Shown here: positions 17,688 through 26,200 of the stretch, one piece after another
Position numbering within the stretch: position 1 is the first letter of the stretch
How the letters are laid out: every line of letters begins with the position of its first letter
From: Acidobacteriota bacterium
Lineage (GTDB): Bacteria > Acidobacteriota > UBA890 > WLXD01
Direction of reading: 5' to 3'
DNA: 64,000 nucleotides
NCBI GenBank assembly: GCA_965248695.1
Contig: CBDFKD010000002.1
Location: 1,760,001 to 1,824,000 of the forward strand
Notes under the pieces: generated by a model
Database searches by the model: none
What the model was told of the DNA's origin: nothing
Seen by the model: the letters and a program-made list of their open reading frames with translations, nothing else
Made by a program: the position numbers and the translations under genes

Positions 17688-19913
17688 GTGATCGAGTATT
17701 TCTGGCTCATCCCGCTGCTGCCGCTCGTCGGCATGCTGGTAAACGGGCTGCTGGGCTCGCGCTTCATCCGCTCGGAGCAGATCACCGGCGGCCTCGCCAG
17801 CCTGTGCATGTTGATGGCGTTCATCATCGGCGCCGGCGCGTTCCTCGGCCTGGCCAGTATGGAACCGCAGGATCGTCATGTAGAGGTGGTTCTCTACGAC
17901 TGGATCGATGCCTCATGGGGCCAGATGCACGACAACGAAGCCGGCGTCGAGATGGCCCGGTTCGTCGTGCCCTTCGGGCTCCAGTTCGACCCGCTGTCGG
18001 CCATCATGGTGCTGATCATCACCGGGGTCGGCTTCCTGATCCACGTCTACGCCATCGGCTATATGGCGCACGATCCACCGGATCCGGGGTTCTACAGGTT
18101 CTTCACCTACCTGAACCTGTTCGCCGCCTTCATGCTGGTGCTCGTGCTCGGCAACTCCTACGCCATGATGTTCATAGGCTGGGAGGGAGTCGGGCTGTGT
18201 TCGTATCTGCTGATCGGCTACTACTACACCAAGAAATCCGCTGGCGACGCCGCCAAGAAGGCGTTCGTGGTGAACCGAATCGGTGATGCCGCTTTCCTGC
18301 TCGGCATGTTCGCCATCTTCTTCACCTTCGGCACGCTCGACTACGACCAGGTCTTCGACCTCGCGGCCGCCAACTACGAGGTCGGAGCCGGGGTGATCAC
18401 CTTCATCACCCTGATGCTGTTCGTCGGCGCCACCGGCAAGAGCGCACAGATCCCGCTGTACACGTGGTTACCTGATGCGATGGAGGGTCCGACGCCGGTG
18501 TCGGCGCTGATTCACGCCGCCACGATGGTGACCGCGGGCGTGTACATGGTGGTGCGCTCCAACGTCCTGTTCTCGATGTCGCCCACGGTCATGACCATCG
18601 TCGCTGTCATTGGCGCGCTGACGGCCGTGTTCGCCGCCTCGATCGCCATGGTGCAGAACGACATCAAGCGCGTACTGGCATATTCCACCGTCAGCCAGCT
18701 CGGCTATATGTTCTTGGCCTGTGGGGTCGGGGCGTACGCGGTGGGCGTGTTCCACCTGATGACCCACGCCTTCTTCAAGGCGCTGCTGTTCCTGGCAGCG
18801 GGCTCCGTCATGCACGCGCTGCATGGCGAGCTCGACATGTGGAAGATGGGCAACGTTCGCAAGTACATGCCGTTGACCCACAAGACCTTCCTGGTGGGTA
18901 CGCTGGCGATTGCCGGGATTCCGGGGTTGGCCGGCTTCTTCTCCAAGGACGAAGTGCTGTGGTACGCCTGGACCGGTCCGAACGGCTCCCCCTGGCTGTG
19001 GGCTGTCGGCACGCTCGTCGCCGGCATGACGGCGTTCTACATGACCCGCATGCTGCTGGTGACGTTCTACGGCGAATCGCGCATGGACGAGCACGTCGAG
19101 GCGCACGCGCACGAGAACTCGCGGGTAATGACGACGCCGCTGATCGTGCTGGCGGTCCTCTCGGTGATCGGCGGCTACGTGGGCATTCCCGCCAACTTGC
19201 AGGTCGGGCCCCTCAAAGCGCTTCACGACCGGATCGACATTGTTAGCTGGCTCGAGCCAATCACCGGTGGCCACGGCGAAGCAGGCCACGCTGACGACAC
19301 CGACGCGGCCGAGCACGCCGCAGCGATCGTACCGGCCGTGCCGCAGATGCTCGGAGCGCTGCCGGCAGAGGGCGGCATCATCGCGGCGAATACAGCGTTG
19401 AGCGAGCCCGCGCCAGTTCCGGCGCGCCTCGTGGCGGCCGAGGACGGCGAGGATCACACTCAGCTCGAGTGGACCTTGATGCTCGCTTCAGTCGCCGTGG
19501 CGCTGGGCGGGATGGGGCTCGCGTACCGAACATACGGCGCCGGTGTGAGCTCGGAGCCGCTGGCGCGCTTCTCGGGGATCCACCGAACCCTCTGGAACAA
19601 GTACTGGGTCGACGAGCTCTATGACGCGTTGTTCGTCAATCGCACCAAGGATCTCGGCAGCGGCTTGTGGCTGTTCGACGACGCGGTCATCGACGGCACC
19701 GTGAACGGGGTCGCCGAGTCAACGAAACAGGCTGCAACTGCGTCAACCGAGTTTGACAACCGCGTCGTCGACGGCACGGTGAACGGAGTCGGAAGCACGT
19801 TTTGGGCAGGCTCGTGGATCTTCCGCGCCCTGCAAACCGGTTACGTACAGAACTACGCGCTGGTCATCGCCCTCGGGCTGTTCGTGCTGATCAGCGCTTA
19901 CATGTTCCTGTAG
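17688..19913 (+). CDS. nuoL: Complex I subunit L with 26-aa duplicated amphipathic-helix segment
   Basis: WEGVGLCSYLLIG, GKSAQIPLYTWLPDAMEGPTPVSALIHAATMV, THAFFKALLF, LQTGYVQNY. Confidence 0.97.
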   Translation: MIEYFWLIPLLPLVGMLVNGLLGSRFIRSEQITGGLASLCMLMAFIIGAGAFLGLASMEPQDRHVEVVLYDWIDASWGQMHDNEAGVEMARFVVPFGLQFDPLSAIMVLIITGVGFLIHVYAIGYMAHDPPDPGFYRFFTYLNLFAAFMLVLVLGNSYAMMFIGWEGVGLCSYLLIGYYYTKKSAGDAAKKAFVVNRIGDAAFLLGMFAIFFTFGTLDYDQVFDLAAANYEVGAGVITFITLMLFVGATGKSAQIPLYTWLPDAMEGPTPVSALIHAATMVTAGVYMVVRSNVLFSMSPTVMTIVAVIGALTAVFAASIAMVQNDIKRVLAYSTVSQLGYMFLACGVGAYAVGVFHLMTHAFFKALLFLAAGSVMHALHGELDMWKMGNVRKYMPLTHKTFLVGTLAIAGIPGLAGFFSKDEVLWYAWTGPNGSPWLWAVGTLVAGMTAFYMTRMLLVTFYGESRMDEHVEAHAHENSRVMTTPLIVLAVLSVIGGYVGIPANLQVGPLKALHDRIDIVSWLEPITGGHGEAGHADDTDAAEHAAAIVPAVPQMLGALPAEGGIIAANTALSEPAPVPARLVAAEDGEDHTQLEWTLMLASVAVALGGMGLAYRTYGAGVSSEPLARFSGIHRTLWNKYWVDELYDALFVNRTKDLGSGLWLFDDAVIDGTVNGVAESTKQAATASTEFDNRVVDGTVNGVGSTFWAGSWIFRALQTGYVQNYALVIALGLFVLISAYMFL

Positions 19914-19927
19914 AGAACGAGGCACCC

Positions 19928-21520
19928 ATGAGCGGAAACCTCCTCACCCTGGTCGTCTTTCTGCCGGCGGTGGGCGCGCTCGCGATCGCGCTGCTGCTTG
20001 GCAAGGAGCGCGACAACGCCATCAAATGGACCGCGAACATCGTCCTGTTCGTCGACTTCCTGCTGTCGTTACGCCTGCTACAGGGCTTCGATTTCGGCAC
20101 TGCCGAGTTACAGCACGTAACGCGGGCGCCGTGGATCCCTTCGATCGGTGTGGAGTACTTCACCGGAATCGACGGCATCTCCCTGTGTTTGATTCTGCTG
20201 ACGACGCTGCTTGGCTCGATTGCGTGCCTGTCGTCGTGGACGTACATCCAGACGCGAAACAAGGAGTACTACGTCTATTTGATGGCGCTGCAGACCGGCA
20301 TGCTCGGGGTGTTCGTCGCCTTCGACTTCTTCCTGTTCTACATCTTCTGGGAAGTGATGCTGGTGCCGATGTACTTCCTCATCGGTATCTGGGGCGACAC
20401 GAACCGACTCTACGCCGCCATCAAGTTCTTCCTGTACACGTTGGCCGGGTCGGTCCTGATGCTGGTCGGTATTCTGGCGCTTTACTTCCACAACCACAGC
20501 GTCACCGGCGAGTGGACCACCAACATCCTCGCCTACTACCAGCTGTCGATCCCCGCTGACATGCAGTGGTGGATCTTCCTGGGCTTCTTCCTGGCATTTG
20601 CCATCAAGGTGCCGATGTGGCCGTTCCACACCTGGCTCCCGGACGCGCATGTACAGGCACCCACCGCCGCATCGGTGATTCTGGCCGCGGTGCTGTTGAA
20701 GATGGGCGCCTACGGCTTCGTGCGCCTTTCGCTGCCGATCATGCCGGAGGCATCGATCCAGTTTGCGCCGATGATCGCCGTGCTGTCGATTATCGCGATA
20801 ATCTACGGCGCGCTCGTGGCGTTGATGCAGAAGGACTGGAAGAGCCTGGTGGCTTACTCGTCGGTTTCGCACATGGGCTTCATCACCCTGGGAATCTTCG
20901 CTTTGAACCCGATCGGTGTGCAGGGCAGCATCCTGCAGATGCTCAATCACGGAGTGTCCACCGGCGGGCTGTTCCTGATCGTCGGGTTGATCTACGAGCG
21001 CATGCACACGCGAGAGATCGCCGCGTTCGCCGGGCTGGCGAAGGTCATGCCGGTGTTCACCGTGCTCTTCGCCATCATCGCGCTGTCGTCGATGGGGCTT
21101 CCCGGGCTCAACGGCTTCGTCGGCGAATTCTTGATCCTGATCGGTGCGTTCGAGTGGAATCCGGTATACGCCTACTGGTCAGTCTGGGGCATCGTGCTGG
21201 CGGCGGCCTACCTGCTCTGGCTCTTCCAGCGGGTCATGTTCGGCGACGTGAAGGACGACAAGATTGCCGCTCTGAGCGACCTCAATATGCGCGAGGTAGC
21301 GACGCTGGTGCCGCTGGTTGTCCTCGCCGTCTGGATGGGCCTGTATCCGACGCCTGTACTCGACACGCTCGAAGCACCGGTCAATGCGATCGTCGAGCGA
21401 GTCAAGCCCGGCTACTTCGAAGACAGCGGGATTCCGACGCCGGCGTTGCCGAGCCTGGCGGCGCTAGCCGACCGATCCGAGCCGGATCTGGTGGCCGAAG
21501 CCGAGACCGAGGACCGCTAG
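19928..21520 (+). CDS. nuoM: Complex I subunit M
   Basis: FWEVMLVPMY, AIKVPMWPFHTWLPDAH, LLKMGAYG, GLPGLNGFVGEF. Confidence 0.96.
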   Translation: MSGNLLTLVVFLPAVGALAIALLLGKERDNAIKWTANIVLFVDFLLSLRLLQGFDFGTAELQHVTRAPWIPSIGVEYFTGIDGISLCLILLTTLLGSIACLSSWTYIQTRNKEYYVYLMALQTGMLGVFVAFDFFLFYIFWEVMLVPMYFLIGIWGDTNRLYAAIKFFLYTLAGSVLMLVGILALYFHNHSVTGEWTTNILAYYQLSIPADMQWWIFLGFFLAFAIKVPMWPFHTWLPDAHVQAPTAASVILAAVLLKMGAYGFVRLSLPIMPEASIQFAPMIAVLSIIAIIYGALVALMQKDWKSLVAYSSVSHMGFITLGIFALNPIGVQGSILQMLNHGVSTGGLFLIVGLIYERMHTREIAAFAGLAKVMPVFTVLFAIIALSSMGLPGLNGFVGEFLILIGAFEWNPVYAYWSVWGIVLAAAYLLWLFQRVMFGDVKDDKIAALSDLNMREVATLVPLVVLAVWMGLYPTPVLDTLEAPVNAIVERVKPGYFEDSGIPTPALPSLAALADRSEPDLVAEAETEDR

Positions 21521-21524
21521 GGGA

Positions 21525-22997
21525 ATGGACAGCTTCCCGATTTCGAGCTCCGATCTGGCGTCGCTCAACGCCGAGATCACGCTCACGGTCGGCTCGCTGA
21601 TCGTGCTGGTGTGGGGTGCCTTCGCGGCTCCATCACGAGGCAGCGGGCGATTGTTCGGCTGGGTAACGATGATCACCGTGCTCGCCGCGCTCGCCGGTGT
21701 GCTTTACGGACTTCCGCCGCAGATCGAGCGCGGCGTCTCCACGGCGTTCGCAGGCCAGCTGGCCGTAGACGCCTTCGGGAGCTTCTTCGCGATCCTGTTC
21801 CTGGTCACCGCGGCCCTCGCTATCGCCGCCTCGGTCCGCTTTCTGGAGGAAGCGGAGGCACACGATCCGGAGTACTACTTCTTCATGCTGGTGGCCCTCG
21901 TCGGCATGATGATCATGGCGCGCGGCGCCGACCTGATCAGCATCTTCGTGGGGCTCGAGCTGCAGGCGCTTTCGGTCTATGTGTTGGTGGGCTACCTCAA
22001 GCGGGATCGGCGCTCGAATGAGGGCAGCCTCAAGTACTTCATCCTCGGAGGCCTGTCGTCCGGCATCTTCATCTACGCGCTGTCGTTGATCTACGCGGTC
22101 GTCGGGACAACGAATCTGACGGCGATCGGTGCGGCGATCGGAGAGGGGTCCCTCACCGGTGACCCGATCCTGCTCCTCGGGCTGATCCTGATGATCGCGG
22201 CTCTGGGCTTCAAGGTCGCCGCGGTGCCGTTTCACCTGTGGGCTCCCGACGCCTACACCGGTGCGGCGACTCCCGTGACGCTGTTCATCTCGGTGGCCTC
22301 GAAGGCGGCGGCGTTCGCGATGATGATCCGCATCCTGTTCGTGGGCTTCGGGTCGATGACGGATTCGTGGACATCGTTGCTGGCGTTGCTGGCGGTCGTC
22401 ACGATGACGTTCGGCAACGTCGCTGCGTTATCGCAGGACAACGTCAAGCGCATGTTTGCGTACTCGAGCGTCGCTCACGCCGGGTATGCGCTCGTCGGAG
22501 TGGCCGCCGGCACTTCGTACGGAATCGCCGCCACGATGTACTACCTCTTCGCCTACACGTTCATGAACGTGGGCGCCTGGGCGATGGTCATCACGCTGCG
22601 GCGCAAGGGTCTCGCCGGAGAGAGCGTCGACGATTTCAACGGTCTCGTGCACCGCTCTGGCGGCGCCACCGTCGCCATGCTGATCTTCTTGCTGTCGCTG
22701 GGAGGAATCCCGCCGACGATCGGGTTCCTCGGCAAGTGGTACGTATTCGGCGCCGCCATCGACGCCGGGTACGGTTGGCTGGCCGTGATGGGAGCGATCA
22801 ACGCTGCCATCTCGCTTTTCTACTATCTGCGCATCGCCAAGGCCATGTTCATGACCGAGGCGGACGACGAGGTGACGCTGGCCCGTTCGCTACCGCTGCA
22901 GGTGACAGTCGGCATCTGTGCCACGATCACCGTGGTCGGCATTATCTGGGCCACCCCGCTGGTCGATTGGGTACAGCGCGCCACCCTGCAATTCTGA
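21525..22997 (+). CDS. nuoN: Complex I subunit N
   Basis: EGSLKYFILG, FKVAAVPFHLWAPDAY, KRMFAYSSVAHAGY, SLGGIPP. Confidence 0.96.
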   Translation: MDSFPISSSDLASLNAEITLTVGSLIVLVWGAFAAPSRGSGRLFGWVTMITVLAALAGVLYGLPPQIERGVSTAFAGQLAVDAFGSFFAILFLVTAALAIAASVRFLEEAEAHDPEYYFFMLVALVGMMIMARGADLISIFVGLELQALSVYVLVGYLKRDRRSNEGSLKYFILGGLSSGIFIYALSLIYAVVGTTNLTAIGAAIGEGSLTGDPILLLGLILMIAALGFKVAAVPFHLWAPDAYTGAATPVTLFISVASKAAAFAMMIRILFVGFGSMTDSWTSLLALLAVVTMTFGNVAALSQDNVKRMFAYSSVAHAGYALVGVAAGTSYGIAATMYYLFAYTFMNVGAWAMVITLRRKGLAGESVDDFNGLVHRSGGATVAMLIFLLSLGGIPPTIGFLGKWYVFGAAIDAGYGWLAVMGAINAAISLFYYLRIAKAMFMTEADDEVTLARSLPLQVTVGICATITVVGIIWATPLVDWVQRATLQF

Positions 22998-23017
22998 CGC
23001 TGCCCGGCTGAGATCGC

Positions 23018-23341
23018 ATGGGAACGGTGCGCGACTCTGAGCGGGCGGACGCGCGCGATTCTGAGCAGGCGGACGCGCGCGACTCTGAGCAGGCGGACGC
23101 GCGCGGCTGGGCGCGACAGCTCGGCCTCCTGGGACACGTCGGAGCGATGTTCCCGGTGGCCATCGGCCTCGGGTTCATGGGCGGCTACTGGCTCGACGGT
23201 CGTTTCGGCACCGCCCCTTGGCTGGCGCTTGTGGGTTTCGGATTCGGAGTCGTCGCTGCGATCCGCAATCTGCTGCGCTCGCTTTCGGCCCTCGAGACCA
23301 GCGAGAGAGCCGCTAGCAGCGAAAAATCGGACGACACTTGA
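23018..23341 (+). CDS. AtpZ/AtpI-family small Fo-associated membrane protein
   Basis: GLGFMGGYWLDGRFGTAPW...GFGVVAA two-TM motif; lies upstream of Fo genes. Confidence 0.85.
   Translation: MGTVRDSERADARDSEQADARDSEQADARGWARQLGLLGHVGAMFPVAIGLGFMGGYWLDGRFGTAPWLALVGFGFGVVAAIRNLLRSLSALETSERAASSEKSDDT
23029..23105 (+). repeat. 24-bp tandem repeat x3.2 (GCGCGAYTCTGAGCRGGCGGACGC) encoding RDSE(R/Q)ADA
   Basis: Units at 23029, 23053, 23077. Confidence 0.92.
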
Positions 23342-23402
23342 TCCGACGCCCGTCTACTCAACGGTGCGACCTCAAGACCGCAGTAGATCTGGGTCGCTTC
23401 CA

Positions 23403-23454
23403 CCTCGCAAGACCCTGTCGCCAGGCCCGCCACACTTCCACCACGGCCTGCTAG
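23403..23454 (-). repeat. CTAG MITE-like repeat copy
   Basis: Minus strand CTAGCAGGCCGTGGTGGAAGTGTGGCGGGCCTGGCGACAGGGTCTTGCGAGG, about 5 mismatches in 52 versus 7446; CTAG contains the TAG stop of 23451..24131(-). Confidence 0.85.
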
Positions 23455-24131
23455 CAGTCGAAGTCACCCTTGAAGGCTGAGAAGTGGTCGACATCGCCCA
23501 CTCCGGGGCTGTGACCGTGGGTGACCATATCCGGGTGGCGAACGATCGTCATGCCCTGCGGCGTGCTGCGCTGCAGCAGCGGCGACCCCGTCTTGGGGTC
23601 GGTGAGCTGCGCGGAGGCAGCAGTGGCCGGGTCGATGCCGTATTGGCGCAACCAGTAACCGCCGACAACATTGGCCCCCTGAGTCGCGAGCTCGCCACCG
23701 ACGACGGGGCTCGAGCCCGCCTCCAGTAGGTTGTAGTCGAGCTCCACATCGAGAACGCCATTGCCAGCGGCGTCGGTCACAAGAGCATTGGGGTCGGGCG
23801 ACATGCCGTCGTACACCGGGGCATTGCTGGCAAACGCCGGGGCCACGCCACGTGGCAAACCGCCTTCATCGAGTGGGTAGTCGTCGGCAAGCTCTCCGGA
23901 GGCCCGATTCCGGTGGTCCACCCAAACCGTATACAGGGTGCTCGGTGTGCCGCCGCGTATCTTGACCTTCAGACCGCGCCGGCGAACCGTCACCGTGGCG
24001 GTGCCGGTCTGGCCGTCGGCGGCCGTGAGCGTGTATCGGCAGAGTGCCAGTCTCGGAGTGGTCGACGCTTCCGCGGCGGCGACCAGCAGCAGGGTCGCCG
24101 ACATGGTCAGGATGAGGTTCTTTGCGCGCAT
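23451..24131 (-). CDS. Secreted hypothetical protein with C-terminal His cluster
   Basis: Signal peptide (AEA-S), GGGGAG RBS, IVRHPDMVTHGHSPG..DH. Confidence 0.75.
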   Translation of the reverse strand: MRAKNLILTMSATLLLVAAAEASTTPRLALCRYTLTAADGQTGTATVTVRRRGLKVKIRGGTPSTLYTVWVDHRNRASGELADDYPLDEGGLPRGVAPAFASNAPVYDGMSPDPNALVTDAAGNGVLDVELDYNLLEAGSSPVVGGELATQGANVVGGYWLRQYGIDPATAASAQLTDPKTGSPLLQRSTPQGMTIVRHPDMVTHGHSPGVGDVDHFSAFKGDFDC

Positions 24132-24274
24132 GTTCTCCCCCGATACCTCGATTGCAAGACAGCTCCCCGGCGCTCCGCCGACCGAGACACTGCCAGCGCC
24201 CTACGGCTTGGCTTCACGCCTGGATCCCGGCACCATTGCGGAGGCACCGCTCACCCTACAACAACCGAGGACGG

Positions 24275-25757
24275 ATGATCGCCCTTACGCCGGTCAGGCC
24301 CGTGGAGGTGGCTGAGGAAATCGATCGCCGGCTACGGCACATCGCCGCTGCCCTCAGCTCTGATGACCGCCGACTGGCGACCGACGTCGATCGTTACACC
24401 GATCACCTGGCCGACGTGCTACCGGACGAATGCGCCCGCACGCTCCATGTCGACGATTTCTCGCTGATTACTCATCTGCGCGACATCGCCGGTATCGACT
24501 ACTACCCAAGCAGGGCGTTCGTCCGACAGCGGGACGGTGATCTCGTCGCCGGCACGTTCCCGCCGATAGACGGATATGCCGACTACCTCGAAGAACATCT
24601 CGGGCTAGGACGATCGCAATATGTCTATGCAACTCCGGTACCCGGTGCCCTGAACTACGCGGCGTTTGAGGCCATCCTCGCCGACGAGATGGCTCAGGAG
24701 AGCATCACGGAAGCGGTCCGGGAGCTGCGTGGCGATTTCTGGCTCCATCCGTACATGGGGCTCGAGGGCGCCTGGAAGCTCGCAGAGCTACTCGCCGACC
24801 GCAGTCGACGTCGTGTGCGGGTACTGGCGCCGCCGCCTGGTCTCACCGAGCTCGCCAACAACAAGGTGTGGTTCAGAACGGCGGTCGAGCAAACGCTCGG
24901 CGAGGAGTGGGCGCTGCCGTCGCGCAGCGGCCACACCGCGGCGGAGATTGCCGACAACCTTGTTCGTATCGCTGCCCACGCGCCACGGGTGGCCATGAAG
25001 CTCGCCGACAGCGCCTCCGGAATGGGTACGGAGATCATCGATCGCGAGCAGATACGGGGGCGGTCCTCCGAGTCGCTCGGGACGTTTGTCGCCGACTGGC
25101 TCTCCGGCCACGGCTGGCGTACAGGATCGGCGCCGGTTTCGGTCGAGCCCTGGATGACCGACGTCGTCGGCTCCCCCAGCATCCAGCTCTGGATACCGCC
25201 CCGAGGCGGTGGGCCACCGCTGCTCGAAGGAGTCTTCGATCAGCGCTTCTACCCCGGCCAGGAGCACGTGTTTCAAGGCAGCGTGCGCAGTCGATTGCCC
25301 CGCTCCCTGCAGCAGCGCATCGGCGCCGCCGGTTTGCGGATGGGTAGACTTTTCCAGCTTCTCAACTACGTCGGGAGGTGCTCTTTCGACACCATTCTTT
25401 GCGGCTCGAGCCCTACCGACGCCACCATCAAATTCACCGAGTGCAACGGGCGGTGGGGGGGGCGCCAGCACACCGATGAGCCTGATGAACCGACTGTTCG
25501 GGGACTACCGAGAGCAGCCCTACACAGCCGGGGTGTTGCATGCCGATTGTCTCGCCGGCGTCAGCCTTGACGAGTTCGTACGACGCCTTCCCGACGTGCT
25601 GTTCGATGTGCGCTCAGGCCACGGCTGGGCCATTGTGCTCAACGTCGGGTGCCTGCAGCCGGCAGGCAAGCTCGACGTCATTACGTTCGGCGAGACTTCG
25701 GCGATCGCAGAGCGAAGGCAGAAGGAATTCCTCGACACGGTGACGTCGTGTTTCTAG
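24275..25757 (+). pseudogene. ATP-grasp ligase (pre-ATP-grasp / Pgm1-like) interrupted by a +1 frameshift in a G8 run
   Basis: LANNKVWF, MKLADSASGMG, GRCSFD..ECNGRWGG; 7 Gs would give WGGASTPMSLMNRL continuing to TAG 25757, but 8 Gs are present (25455-25462). Confidence 0.75.
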
Positions 25758-25778
25758 CGGTCAGCGGACGAGGCGTCC

Positions 25779-26183
25779 ATGCATGAACCGGAAGCAACGA
25801 AGGCAATGGACGAGGTGGTCAGGCGTCTGAGACGCAACTCGATCCGTGCGTTGATCGCCCTCACAGTCGCTGTAGCGGTGACAACGTGGTCGGCAGCTCA
25901 GACCGCGGGATTGGTACTCTCAGGAGTCCTCATGTTGTTGAATTTCAAGGGGTTAGTGGCAACTACCAACAGTATCTTGGGCAGCGGTCAGGAAGCGCCT
26001 GGTGCACTCCACGCGATGCTTCTGCTGAGCCGCTATGTGTTGCTGGGTATTGGCCTCTGTGCTATCGTCCTGCTGCCAGGGGTGGGGCCGATTCCGGTCG
26101 CCCTGGGGCTCTCGATTCTCGTTATCGCGGTCCTTCTGGAAGCGATGTTCTACCTCTCCGCCGGCGCCGATCGCCGCTCCTAA
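25779..26183 (+). CDS. atpI: ATP synthase protein I
   Basis: 4-TM protein immediately upstream of atpB; LNF and LLSRYVLLG pattern. Confidence 0.75.
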   Translation: MHEPEATKAMDEVVRRLRRNSIRALIALTVAVAVTTWSAAQTAGLVLSGVLMLLNFKGLVATTNSILGSGQEAPGALHAMLLLSRYVLLGIGLCAIVLLPGVGPIPVALGLSILVIAVLLEAMFYLSAGADRRS

Positions 26184-26200
26184 CTCGCCCAAAAACGATC

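Noticed and set aside
23029-23105. CRISPR-like array
   Set aside because: Repeats are head-to-tail without spacers, in frame within a CDS, and no cas genes are present
23451-25757. CTAG at both ends of the two-gene cassette as a target-site duplication
   Set aside because: Both are simply C+TAG stop codons, which are common in this window
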